From Macrostomum lignano (taxonomy: Eukaryota), in contig NIVC01001444.1 in the NCBI GenBank assembly GCA_002269645.1, positions 224,673-288,672 of the forward strand: 64,000 bases of DNA, given 5' to 3'. Numbering within the stretch: the stretch's first letter is position 1; each line of letters opens with the position of its first letter. The position numbers and the translations under genes are program-made. The notes under the pieces are model-generated. The model saw only the letters and a list, made by a program, of their open reading frames with translations, did no database searches and was not told the DNA's origin. Shown piece after piece: positions 1 to 43,398 of this stretch.

Positions 1-191
1 GGTAGAATGCGACAGGTAAAGCTTTCATTACAAGCAGAAGACAGCAAAAATAGCTCTCCCCAGAAGAAGCAGAAACATGTAAAAATCCTCCATACCAGGA
101 TAGAAAATGACAGGTAAAACCCATACCCAAACCAGACTAAGCCGGCAGCCTAAGCAACATGTTTCATTTCAATCCTGCTTGAAACCCGCAG

Positions 192-31908
<31,717 letters not shown>

Positions 31909-32020
31909 ATGGGCGATTTGATGGCGGATTTGCAGACTCATTGATGCGCATGAGTTCAAATGAGACAAATATGAGACAGATCTGTTCTTATGCTTACCTT
32001 TCAATAATATCATTCAGTTT

Positions 32021-32610
32021 TAGAGTGAGGTGGGTGTTGCGGAGTGAGGTGGGTGTTGTGGAGTGAGGTGGGTGTTTGGAGTGAGGTGGGTGTTTGGAGT
32101 GAGGTGGGTGTTGTGGAGTAAGGAGGGTGTTGCGAAGTGAGGTGGGTGTTTGGAGTGAGGTGGGTGTTTGGAGTGAGGTGGGTGTTGTGGAGTAAGGTGG
32201 GTGTTGCGGAGTGAGGTGGGTGTTGCGGAGTGAGGTGGGTGTTGCGGAGTGAGGTGGGTGTTGCGGAGTGAGGTGGGTGTTGCGGAGTAAGGTGGGTGTT
32301 GCGGAGTGAGGTGGGTGTTGCGGAGTGAGGTGGGTGTTGCGGAGTGAGGTGGGTGTTGCGGAGTGAGGTGGGTGTTTGGAGTGAGGTGGGTGTTGCGGAG
32401 TGAGGTGGGTGTTGCGGAGTGAGGTGGGTGTTGCGGAGTGAGGTGGGTGTTGCGGAGTGAGGTGGGTGTTGCGGAGTGAGGTGGGTGTTGCGGAGTGAGG
32501 TGGGTGTTGCAGAGTGAGGTGGGTGTTATGGATTGAGGTGAGGGTGCTGGAGGGTGAGGTGTGGGTTCTGGAGAGGGAGGTGAGGGTGCTGGAGGGTGAG
32601 GTGAGGGTGC
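32021..32610. repeat. 19-bp GAGTGAGGTGGG-core repeat
   Basis: ggagtgaggtgggtgttgc. Confidence 0.92.
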
Positions 32611-33221
32611 TGGTCGAGTTTAGTGAGATACAGCGAGTGCTCTAAAATATTTAAGTCCATTAAGACATTATATTGTATTTCATTTTTAACCAGAAGTATG
32701 AGTGTTTATATTAAGCCGGCTCTTGTTACGCTTCTTGCACTAGACAGAATCCCTTGTTAAGCAATAATTTATTAACAGCACTTATGTAATATGAATAGAA
32801 TTATGTTCAATCAAACTTGTTCGCAATCGCTGCCTGATAGAAAATACAACTCATGAAAAACAGCAGCTGGAATGCTCAAATCCGCATTGAAGCCTTGGAA
32901 GAATACTCTATAAGGTAATTTGATACCTCGCTAAATCTGCGCTCCTGTCTGAACTCAAGCGAATCTTACAGCCAGCATGCAAATCCTCTCACTGACTGTC
33001 TGTTCTTTGAAAAAAATCACATTCGACGTATACTCGTGGAAGAGGAAGCACGAATCGAATTGCCCTCAACTGATGACACCGAACTGAGCTGATGGGGCTT
33101 GAATTCAGTGAGCGATACGTAAATTCTCAGACTCGGCTGTCAACCTGGCATGCGCCCTTTTTCAGGCTAAACTGGAGATAAAAACACGCAAAGTGCAGAT
33201 CAACTGTTGAATAGCAAGAAA

Positions 33222-33895
33222 GGAGTGAGGTGGGTGTCTGGGGAGTGAGATGTGTGTCTGTGGAGTGGAGTGGGTGTCTAGGGATAGAGATGTGTGTCTG
33301 TGGAGTGGAGTGGGTGCCTAGGGATAGAGATGTGTGTCTGTGGAGTGAGGTGGGTGTCTGGAGAGTGAGATGTGTGTCTGTGGAGTGGAGTGGGTGTCTA
33401 GGGATAGAGATGTGTTTCTGTGGAGTGAGGTGGGTGTCTGGAGAGTGAGATGTGTGTCTGTGGAGTGGAGTGGGTGTCTAGGGATAGAGATGTGTGTCTG
33501 TGGAGTGAGGTGGATGTCTGGAGAGTGAGATGTGTGTCTGTGGAGTGGAGTGGGTGTCTAGGGATAGAGATGTGTGTCTGTGGAGTGAGGTGGGTGTCTG
33601 TGGAGTGAGGTGGGTGTCTGGGGAGTGAGATGTGTGTCTGTGGAGTGAGGTGGGTGTTTGGGAAGTGAGATGGGTGTCTGGGGAGTGAGGTGGGTGTCTG
33701 GGGAGTGAGGTGGGTGTCTGGGAAGTGAGGTGGGTGTCTGGGAAGCGAGATGGGTGTCTGTGGAGTGAGGTGGGTGTCTGGGGAGTGAGATGTGTGTCTG
33801 TGGAGTGAGGTAAGTCTGGGGAGTAAGGTGGGTGTCTGGGAAGTGAGATGTGTGTCTGTGGAGTGAGGTAAGTGTCTGGGGAGTGAGGTGGGTGT
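33222..33895. repeat. ~20-bp GAGTGAGGTGGG-core repeat
   Basis: ggagtgaggtgggtgtctg alternating with gagtgagatgtgtgtctgtg. Confidence 0.9.
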
Positions 33896-34287
33896 ACGAT
33901 CTGGGGTTGAGAGTGCGAGATGATTTTCAAATATTTTCTTATAAACTGGGAAAGGTGTGCTTTCATTCGAACAACACCAAGTCAGACCGAACTACGCTAA
34001 TCGTTTTTAACGTTAATAAACTTATCGAATACATAAACGAATAGATATATACGAGTATAAACTAAATCGCTTGCAGGTTTACGACTCATAAAACTGAGCT
34101 TAGGCATGCATAATTCAGTCAAAATATTTTATAGCCTAAAATCAGTTTCTTCCTTACTGATAGGGCTCAAGCTCGTCCCCGATCATCAGAGCTCACGCGG
34201 CTCAATCAAAACTGCAAAACTCAGTTTAAAGTTTTGGAAATCAAAGTAAACTGCAAAGTATATATATATATAGATTGCTGCCTAATT

Positions 34288-34460
34288 AACAATCCATTCT
34301 ATTCCACCATCCATGATTGGCTAGATTAGCAATCCATTCCATTCCATCATCCATTATTGGCTAGATTAGCAATCCATTCCATTCCATCATCCGTGATTGG
34401 CTAGATTAGCAATCCATTCCATTCCATAATCCGTGATTGGCTAGATTAGCAATCCATTCT
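34288..34460. repeat. 40-bp tandem repeat
   Basis: ctagattagcaatccattccattccatcatccatgattgg, about 4 copies. Confidence 0.85.
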
Positions 34461-35491
34461 ATCATCCAACTCATGCAAACTCATCCAGCTAACATTACGC
34501 ACTCAGATTATGCTGTAGCCCAGTGACACGGGGGGAAGGCCGCACAGGGCGGTGAGCAGTTCGTCCCGCCATCAATTAGTACAAAAATTAAGCTTCAGTT
34601 GCAGTCAGATAAGAATGTGCAGATAAAGATTGGACTGGCACAGGCTGGAGCTAACTTTGCTCAGCCATCTCGCTGCCACAGAAGGCTCTGTGCTGAATTC
34701 TGGATAAACTGTATGTCCATGGAACTGGACATGGACCACTGTAGATATCAAATATGGATTAGAAACCAAAAATTTATACATGTATAGATAAGGGACTTTT
34801 ACACAGAAAAATAGCAAAAATACTAGCAATCTGTGCCCCCGCTATATATAAACTATATGCAGCTTTTGACCTTGTAAATTCGATATTTTAAGTGCCCTAA
34901 TAAAAAAAATTTTTAAAGCAAAAAAGCATCAGCCCCGAGAGCCAGCTGTCTAGCCTAAGATATCAACATACCTCATGAGCTTTGGCATCTACGCCTCCCT
35001 TTAAGACTTTGGCTTGGCCGACCAACAACTTCCAATTGACCCTTGACATCTCAGCAACCCCCTCCATGAGCCCCAGCATCTCAGCAATTCAGACGGGTCC
35101 GCCCAAAACGTTCCTACAGCGCAGAGAACTGGACGCTGACAGACTCGCTCAAACAGCAAGCAGACGATTCGCATAGAGTGGCCGACGAACAAGTCACCAG
35201 TGCAGCACTCTGTCGCCTCGTTTGTCCAGGCAACCTGTTGCACCGTCGGCGACGCTGCAGGCACCTCACCGGTGATGACAGGCTACTCATCGACTGCTGC
35301 GTACTGGCTGACGCCGATGCTGACGTCAGCAGAGCGCCCAAGCCTTGAGACGGGCCCTCAGACGCTAACATGTAGAAAAAAATTAAGTTTCCACTCAACG
35401 CCCAGTCCAGTGGATTATCCAGGGATCCATGGATTGCCAAAGCCTTTCCCTATTGGCCAGTGCCGCTCGACGTCACCCCAGCGAGCCCAAA

Positions 35492-37242
35492 TTGAAGCGG
35501 ACTGCTAAAAGAAGATAAAACAGCCGCTGCCAGCAGCGCCAGCCGGAACTTTTGCAGCCGAGTGAAGAAAAGCAGAAACAGCTTTCTCAAGGGGAGAAAA
35601 TCACAGCACTGCTGCTTCCCCTTATCCCGCATTGCTCAGGTTAACAGGGTTCGATCCGCAGTCCATCCAAAGGTCACTACAATGCCATCAATTACTGACG
35701 GCAGCCTCACAGCCAAGCTAGCCGTCCATCTGCTGCTTCTCGTGCTTATCTCGATGCAGTGCAGCTGCTTTCACATCAACGAAGGTAAGATGAGGCTCTG
35801 GTTAGCTAGATCCTGGCTGTGGGATTTTGTTCCCAGTTTGAAATCTCAGCTATTGGGATATCTTCCCTTACATGTTCGTATTTGTTAATTGTTCCAGAAG
35901 CAGAGTGCGTGCAGATGTGCATATCAAACAGACTGCAGTGCTGTATGCAGTCGCTGCTCAACTCTGTCCTTAAAGCTGCTGTTTAACTTGGACATGCGTG
36001 CTCTGGCTTAGCACCTTTGTGCCACCAGCTGCTGGGCAAACATTTGCCTTCATTCTCCAATTTGATGTCTCTGAGGCGCGACACTTTTGGGGGGTGGGAC
36101 AATTTACTAATTTCTTATCACTGTATCGCCTCTACTGTGCCCACCTGGGCAACCAGGGCAACCAGGTGGCACAGACGGCCATTCAAAGCCAATTAAATTG
36201 TTTTCTAGGTAAAAGCAAGTGAAATTGGTCGATTTTGGGAGTTCTGAAAATAATAATAACCAATTTTGATAATTTGGGTTCAGTAAACAAGACTGATTTG
36301 CTAATTGTCTGGCTTGACATTTTATTTACAGTAGCTTTATTCTCATCTCCTACTCACAGTAGTTAGCATTATAACAGAAAGTGCTAGAAATCAGTAATTT
36401 ATTAGTAATTCTTTACAATAAGCTCGAATTCGGCTTAGGAAAGGGACTTCCAAATCTGTTCGGGCTCGATGGTTTTGTTTTAATCTTAAGAAACATCCGG
36501 TGATACAAGGCTAAAACAAACTGACTCATTTAAAAAAACTGATGTTTAACAGACGGAATTACGAGAGCTCGTAAAACTTGAAAGAAACTGACAAATGTCC
36601 GTTTCTGACCTTTTCAACTATGGCTATAAGGATTGTAGCTCCTTTATGGTTTTGCTTCAATAAAAACTCCGGTGTTAATGCATTTAAACAAACAGCAATC
36701 TCCGACTCTCCGACTACCATAGGCGCTGCTGACAAGGGGGAACAAAATTCTGATGGTATCGAACTCGACGAGGGAGGCGTCATCAGCATTGACGGCGGCC
36801 TCCAGGACGGTCTTGGCAACCGCCTGCCAATCGGTCAACACCCTGCCAAGACTAAGCGCTTCATGTACCACTCGAACGGCGACTGTCCGGTGTTCCGTGT
36901 CCAGTGTTTCAACAGCTACGACTGCTACAGGCAAACCGGCGACTACAACTATCGCTGTGTGATGCACCGCTGCGCCGTCAGCTGCTTCGATATGCGGCCG
37001 TACATGAAGTCGACGAAGTGACGCCCAAGTCTCATCTGGACTTCAAGCATTGCCTGCCGCGCAATGATGTAAAACTGCCACAACCGCTGCGTGCACTCAT
37101 TGAGATCGGCACTTAATAAAAAATGCAAAACAAAATATAAACCGCTGTCGGGCTAATTTCTGGCTTTGGAATGACCTGACCGTCGGAAATCTTCAAGTGC
37201 AACAGTACTTAAAGAGCTTAGCAATACTTTGGTATTCATTTC
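35492..37242 (+). repeat. Left arm of inverted segmental duplication
   Basis: Reverse-complement match to 39329-40867, from ttgaagcggactgc to gtattcatttc. Confidence 0.93.
35682..37021 (+). CDS. Secreted cysteine-rich peptide precursor, copy 1 (exons 35682-35784, 36723-37021; 133 aa)
   Basis: Exon 1 MPSITDGSLTAKLAVHLLLLVLISMQCSCFHINE with donor g|gtaaga; acceptor ccatag|gc in phase. Exon 2 has an acidic pro-region, KR, then FMYHSNGDCPVFRVQCFNSYDCYRQTGDYNYRCVMHRCAVSCFDMRPYMKSTK*; AATAAA at 37115. Confidence 0.8.
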
Positions 37243-37749
37243 CTCAATGAAAATAGTTGTCTAAAACTCTTTTAATCGGTGAAATTTTACCAATACTACC
37301 TAAAAAAACTGTGCTCATAATTAACAACCGATTGCCATAGCAGCTCCATCACCATAGCAACTGGATGAGTTCAAAGCACGGCTTTATCACCATAGCAGCA
37401 AATATATTATGCGGAATGGCGATGCAACCAGTATATAATGCATCCTAAAATTTCATAGCACACCAATATTTCCCTCAACTTAATGGCCGGGCGTAACGCA
37501 CTGACTGGAGGGTGAGTTTCAGAGCCGCTCGGGTCACGGATGCCTGAGACAGTCAGTCATAAAGCTCCGTGTCCATTCAGTCCCCGCGGGAATGGCGCGG
37601 ACATTCGGAGTCATTTTTACTAGCTGACTGCCATTTCGGTGGGCTGAATAACGCAACTGGAGCAGCTGGGGGGGGGGGGTGGTAAATCTTCCTCAGGCTT
37701 TGACTGACCGACCGCACAGAGTGGATAAATAAAGTAATGAGTCTTGCAC

Positions 37750-38235
37750 TGGGATACAAAGGCACTGGGATACTACAAGGGCATTGAGATACAAGGGCAC
37801 TGGGATACAAGGGCACTGGGATACAAGGGCACTGGGGTACAAGGGCACTGGGGTACAAGGGCACTGGGATACAAGGGCACTGGGGTACAAGGGCACTGGG
37901 ATACAAGGGCACTGGGGTACAAGGGCACTGGGGTACAAGGGCACTGGGATACAAGGGCACTGGGATACAAGGGCACTGGGGTACAAGGGCACTGGGATAC
38001 AAGGGCACTGGGATACAAGGGCACTGGGATACAAGGGCACTGGGGTACAAGGGCACTGGGATACAAGGGCATTGAGATACAAGGGCATTGAGATACAAGG
38101 GCACTGAGATACAAGGGCATTGAGATACAAGGGCACTGAGATACAAGGGCACTGGGGTACAAGGGCATTGAGATATAAGGGCATTGAGATTCAAGGGCAC
38201 TGAGATACAAGGGCACTGGGATACAAGGGCATTGA
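37750..38235. repeat. 16-bp minisatellite in the spacer between the inverted arms
   Basis: ggatacaagggcactg with variants. Confidence 0.93.
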
Positions 38236-39328
38236 GATATAAGGGCCCTCCTTAAAAGAAACTGGTGGCGCCACACCTGAACTCATCATCCAATCGACCA
38301 TGCGCATTTGGCTATCCTAATCAAAGGAGGGGAGGTGTTCACAGGGATTCTTCCCAGTCCAGGTGCATTTGCTCAGTCTCCAAGTGTCGGCTATACTTGT
38401 GGAGCAGATCAGCGGGAAGGCCGCTCTAGTGAATCATGTTTTGCTGCTCCATCTCGGGGGGGGGGGCTACAGACGCCCCCAAGCGGGGGCTTTGCCAGTA
38501 TTTCTGTCCTCCGAAAGCAAAATGGAAATCTCTTGTTTCTCCCCACTGTTTGCGCGACTTCTTAAATCAAAATCTAAGATCTCTCTACTCAATAGTATTT
38601 CTAAACGAACTTCATTCAACAGGCCTTGGTAAGAACTCCAGTATTTAATTAACTTGGTCTTGTTAGCAGAGAGGAGAAAGGTAGATGAGATGCAGAGACT
38701 ACGATGGAGAAGGGACGAGGCGTACTTGATTGAGTCGGGAATCAAGATGGGAAATGTAAAATTGATAAGAAAAGTCAGAAAAGTGAAATGGGAAAACAGT
38801 TGGTGTGCGCGAGGGATCCTTGTAGATGATGGAAAGATGCTGGTAGATGGGGAACTTTGAGATGGGGTTGTTTTGAGTATTCTGTGGCTAAAATTTCTGG
38901 GTTGCTATTAAGATCTTTTGATGTTTAAAACGTCAGTATCTTCCTTTTTGAGTCTGTTCTGCAGTGCCTGGTATGTCCCTCTCTAGAGTGAAAGTAAAGC
39001 AGATCTTAGTAATTATTTAACTCTCTAAGTTTCAATCTCTGATTGTTCATCTCTGGTCAGTGTCCTCAGTCGGAGAAGTGGCTTCTACATGACGTTTCAA
39101 TTCTAGAAAAAAGATGGAGCAGATGCCAATGGAATTACAGAGCTGGAGAGAATAGCCAACTTTGGTGTGGTGTCACACCCAAGTGTCGTTCGAATCAAGT
39201 GCATGGCTTCATTCCCCTTTTTACTTTTTATTAATTTTCGTACAAGCGGAAGTCGTTAAAACTATAGATTTTCAAAAAGTCGGTCAACTAACGAAGTTCA
39301 ATTTTAGTACACAGAAGTTCTTATAAAA

Positions 39329-40867
39329 GAAATGAATACCAAAGTATTGCTCAGCTCTTGAAGTACTGTTGCACTTGAAGATTTCCGGCGATTAGGACAT
39401 TCCAAAGCCAGGTATCAGCTCAACAATTGATGGAGTTTTTATTTCGCATTTAAAGTTAGTTTGGATCTCAATGAGTGCACGCAGCGGTTTGTGGCGGTTT
39501 TACATCATTGCGCGGCAGGCAATGGGCGTCACTTGGTCGACTTCATATACGGCCGAATGTCGAAACATCTGACGGCGCAGCCGTGCATAACACAGCGGTA
39601 GTAGTAGACACCGGTTTGCCTGTAGCAGTCGTAGCTGTTGAAACACCCCACACGGAACACCGGACAGTCGCCGTTCGAGTGGTACATGAAGCGCTTACGA
39701 TTATACTTGGCAGTGCGTTGACCGTTAGGCAAGCGGTTGCCAAGGCCGTCGCTAGCTCTGATGACGCCTCCCTCGTCGAGTCCGATTACGTCCAAATTTT
39801 GTTCTGTTTCGCCTTCGGTAGTCGGATAGTCGGAGATTGCTGTTTGTTTAAATGTACTAACACCGGAAATTTTTTTATTAAAACGAAACTATCGAGCCCG
39901 AACAGATTTGGAAGTCCCTTTCCTAAGCTGAATTCGAGCTTATTGTAAAGAATTACTAATAAATTACTGATTTTTAGCACTTTCTGTTATAATGCTAACT
40001 ACTGTGAGTAGGAGATGAGAATAAAGCTACTGTAAATAAAATGTCAAGCCAGACAATTAGCAAATCAGTCTTGTTTACTGAACCCAAATTATCAAAATTG
40101 GTTATTATTATTTTCAGACCTCCCAAAATCGACCAATTTCACTTGCTTTTACCTAGAAAACAATTTAATTGGCTTTGATGGCCGTCTGTGCCACCTGGTT
40201 GCCCTGGTTGCCCAGGTGGCACAGTAGAGGCGATAAAGTGATAAGAAATTAGTTAATTGTCCCACCCCCCAAAAGTGTCGCGCCTCAGAGACATCAAATT
40301 GGAGAATGAAGGCAAATGTTTGCCCAGCAGCTGGTGGCACAAAGGTGCTAAGCCAGAGCACGCATGTCCAAGTTAAACAGCAGCTTTAAGGACAGAGTTG
40401 AGCAGCGACTGCATACAGCACTGCAGTCTGTTTGATATGCACATCTGCACGCACTCTGCTTCTGGAACAATTAACAAATACGAACATGTAAGGGAAGATA
40501 TCCCAATAGCTGAGATTTCAAACTGGGAACAAAATCCCACAGCCAACATCTAGCTAACCAGAGCCTCATCTTACCTTCGTTGATGTGAAAGCAGTTGCAC
40601 TGCATCGAGATGAGCACGAGAAGCAGCAGATGGACGGCTAGCTTGGCTGTGAGGCTGCCGTCAGTAATTGATGGCATTGTAGTGACTTTTGGATGGACTG
40701 CGGATCGAACCCTGTTAACCTGAGCAATGCGGGATAAGGGAAGCAGCAGTGCTGTGATTTTCTCCCCTTGAGAAAGCTGTTTCTGCTTTTCTTCACTCGG
40801 CTGCAAAAGTTCCGGCTGGCGCTGCTGGCAGCGGCTTTTTTTTTCTTCTTTTAGCAGTCCGCTTCAA
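39329..40867 (-). repeat. Right arm of inverted segmental duplication
   Basis: Reverse-complement match to 35492-37242; lacks about 180 bp of the intron. Confidence 0.93.
39529..40677 (-). CDS. Secreted cysteine-rich peptide precursor, copy 2 (exons 40677-40575, 39812-39529; 128 aa)
   Basis: Exon 1 MPSITDGSLTAKLAVHLLLLVLISMQCNCFHINE|gtaaga; acceptor ccgaag|gc; exon 2 GETEQNLDVIGLDEGG...RKRFMYHSNGDCPVFRVGCFNSYDCYRQTGVYYYRCVMHGCAVRCFDIRPYMKSTK*. Confidence 0.8.
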
Positions 40868-41487
40868 CTCGGATTCCGACACTAATCGATTTGATAATAA
40901 TCAGGCAGCGTGTAAATGTATCGTGTTGGGAGAAATTCGAACTAAGGCACCCCCTTTTTAGTGAATATAAAACTAATGGGTTTATGGAGTGAAAAATTTG
41001 TCCTGAAAGTGGCTCATTGGGGATAAACAAGCGGCAGGTAAAATCATGTTGAAATATTTTGAGCTAAATGGCTTGCCATTTTTCCCATTTTCTTCGGGAA
41101 AATATACGAATATTCCCAAACGATGAATTCTGACGTACAAATACGATTAATGAGATCGGGAAAAATTCTGTCCGGAAAGTGGTTTAATAGAGATTCATCA
41201 AGCAACAGGTAAAAGTATCGTATCTGAAGATTTTTGAGCAAATTTGATTCCACTTTTTGTCAATTTCTTTGCGAATAATAATTGTAGGACAAATGGGATT
41301 ATGAAGGTCGTGAAAAATTCAATCCTGAAAACCACCTTTCTTGAAATCTGGTAGTTGGGGAATTTACAAATGGGAATAAAGCTGGTAGATAAGGGGGACG
41401 TTGTACGATCTAAAATTTTTAAATCATTCGAATCTTTGAGGCTAAACAATTTTATAACAAGTCGTCATCAAGTTATATTGCTTGCTT

Positions 41488-41622
41488 GCTTTCATAAGCT
41501 CAAACTTTAACATAGTCAAGTCCTGCTACGAGTTTGTTTCAGTTCGTTATTTATTGGTCACCTCCGCTAGCTCACCACTGAAACAAACTCGAGGAAGTGT
41601 AAAGTTTTGAGCCTGTGAAAGC
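41488..41622. repeat. Short hairpin / miniature inverted repeat
   Basis: gctttcataagctcaaacttta...cgagtttgtttcagt mirrored by actgaaacaaactcg...taaagttttgagcctgtgaaagc. Confidence 0.6.
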
Positions 41623-42101
41623 GACAATGTAAATAGGAAAGTGGAAAGTCGTCGAAGCCGAAAATATTAATTTGTGTAAAAAGCTTATAAGATAAAATTA
41701 TGTTAATTGAATATGAACGGGATAATGTATAAAACTTGGATATTCAATCACTATATGTTAGATCAAGACCAGGGATACTTTTCAGGCAATTTTTCAACCT
41801 CTGATGAAGCTTAGGAGAGCTAGTATAGAGTCTTAAACTGCAGTCAGCTATAGTCTAAGCAGACTTAGCAAATAGAATTTGGGCCAAGAAAGTCAAATAA
41901 AGAATGAGAAGGAAAGGAGAATACGTGGGCAGGTTGCCAAAGGCTTTCTAACTTCGAGTATGAAAATCAATAAATCTTGCTTGTTTGCAAGATTTAGCAG
42001 CGAGCGCGGCCTCCCCAAGCATTTACTTACCGCGACCTCTGACCTGGCAATCACCTCCTGATCTTGCCGACTCAAGAGAGATCGTGTCGTTTGAGCAGCT
42101 A

Positions 42102-43393
42102 CGAGGGGCACTATTAAAGTTCTGAGCCTGACCAAGATCTTATAGTGGCAAAGTGTTGAAACTTTAGGCTCTAAAAGCGCCACATGTTAATAGTCTATTG
42201 TCAACTTTTCAGAATTTTCTGCATTCCCTAAGTCCCACTGCACCATTTTATTTCCTGCACCCCATGGCATTTTCTCAAGAATTGAAGCTTGAGCACAGGG
42301 CAGTGATTAAATTTCTGACTCTGGAGGGCTCAAAGCCTGCTGAAATTCAAAGCCGCATGGCTAGTGTGTACGCTGACGCTGCCCCCTCATACGCCACCAT
42401 AAAGTGCTGGGCAGCCGAGTTCAAGCGTGGCCGCGACTCGCTCGAAGATGACCCCCGATGTGGACGACCCCGGACTGCTGTCACTGCCGACAACATCCAG
42501 CGCATCCAGGCTCTGGTTGACAGTGACCAGCGGGTGAAAGTCAGGGAACTTGCGGCAGACACTGGACTCTCTGACCCGCAAGTCATTGAGATCCTGCACC
42601 AGCATCTTCATCTGTCCAAGGTTTCTGCCAGATGGATCCCACGAATCTTGACAAGGGACCAAAAGACCGCACGGGTGCAGTACTCAAAGCTTGTCCTGGA
42701 CTCCTACGATCCGGACCCTGCCAACTTTCTGTCCTGCTGCGTGACCGGGGATGAGACGTGGATCCATCACCACGATCCCGAGTCCAAGCAGGAGTCCAAG
42801 CAGTGGCTGCCAGTTGGTTCACCTGCACCACTGAAGGCACGGACTGCATGCAGTGCGGGCAAGATTATGCTCACCGTCTTCTGGGATGCCAAGGGCCCGC
42901 TGCTGCTGGACTTTCTACCGCACAAGCAGACAGTCACAGGCGCCTACTACGCTGACCTGATCGCCCGTCTGCGCGAAGCAATCAAGGAAAATAGGCGAGG
43001 GATGCTGAGCCGAGGTGTTGTGCTGCTGCACGACAATGCACCGGCCCACACTAGCAGGATTGCCAAGGCTGCTGTCAGTGTCGCAGGGTTTCGAGAGCTG
43101 CCGCACCCAGCCTATTCACCAGACCTGGCCCCGAGCGACTTCCACCTGTTTCCACATCTCAAGCGGGCGCTCCGTGGACAGCGATTTGACACTGATGATG
43201 CGCTGAAGGATGCTGCAACTGCTTGGTTTGAGGGCTGCTCGGTGCAATTCTTCCAGAGTGGCATTGAGGCGCTGCGATCAAGATGCCATAGTGCATCTTG
43301 GTTGGGGGAGACTATGTTGAGAAAAGCTGATCTCACTTTGCCCATATCTCCTCTCTTTCATATTAAGGCTCAGAACTTTAATAGTGCCCCTCG
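42102..43393 (+). mobile_element. Mariner (DD34D) DNA transposon, full length 1292 bp
   Basis: Perfect 28-bp TIRs cgaggggcactattaaagttctgagcct; TA at 42100-42101 and 43394-43395. Confidence 0.97.
42264..43330 (+). pseudogene. Mariner transposase with a 1-bp deletion near the C-terminus
   Basis: RWIPRIL, VTGDETW, LHDNAPAH, YSPDLAPSD with 34 residues between the last two Asp. The expected ending KCILVGGDYVEKS* lies in another frame after catagtgc; could be a sequencing error. Confidence 0.85.
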
Positions 43394-43398
43394 TAATT

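Noticed and set aside
35000-35490. Short ORFs upstream of the left duplication arm
   Set aside because: No homology cue, no convincing splice sites, and not duplicated in the right arm.
37577-39320. ORFs in the spacer between the inverted arms
   Set aside because: 16-bp repeat translations plus a stop-ridden stretch I could not assign.
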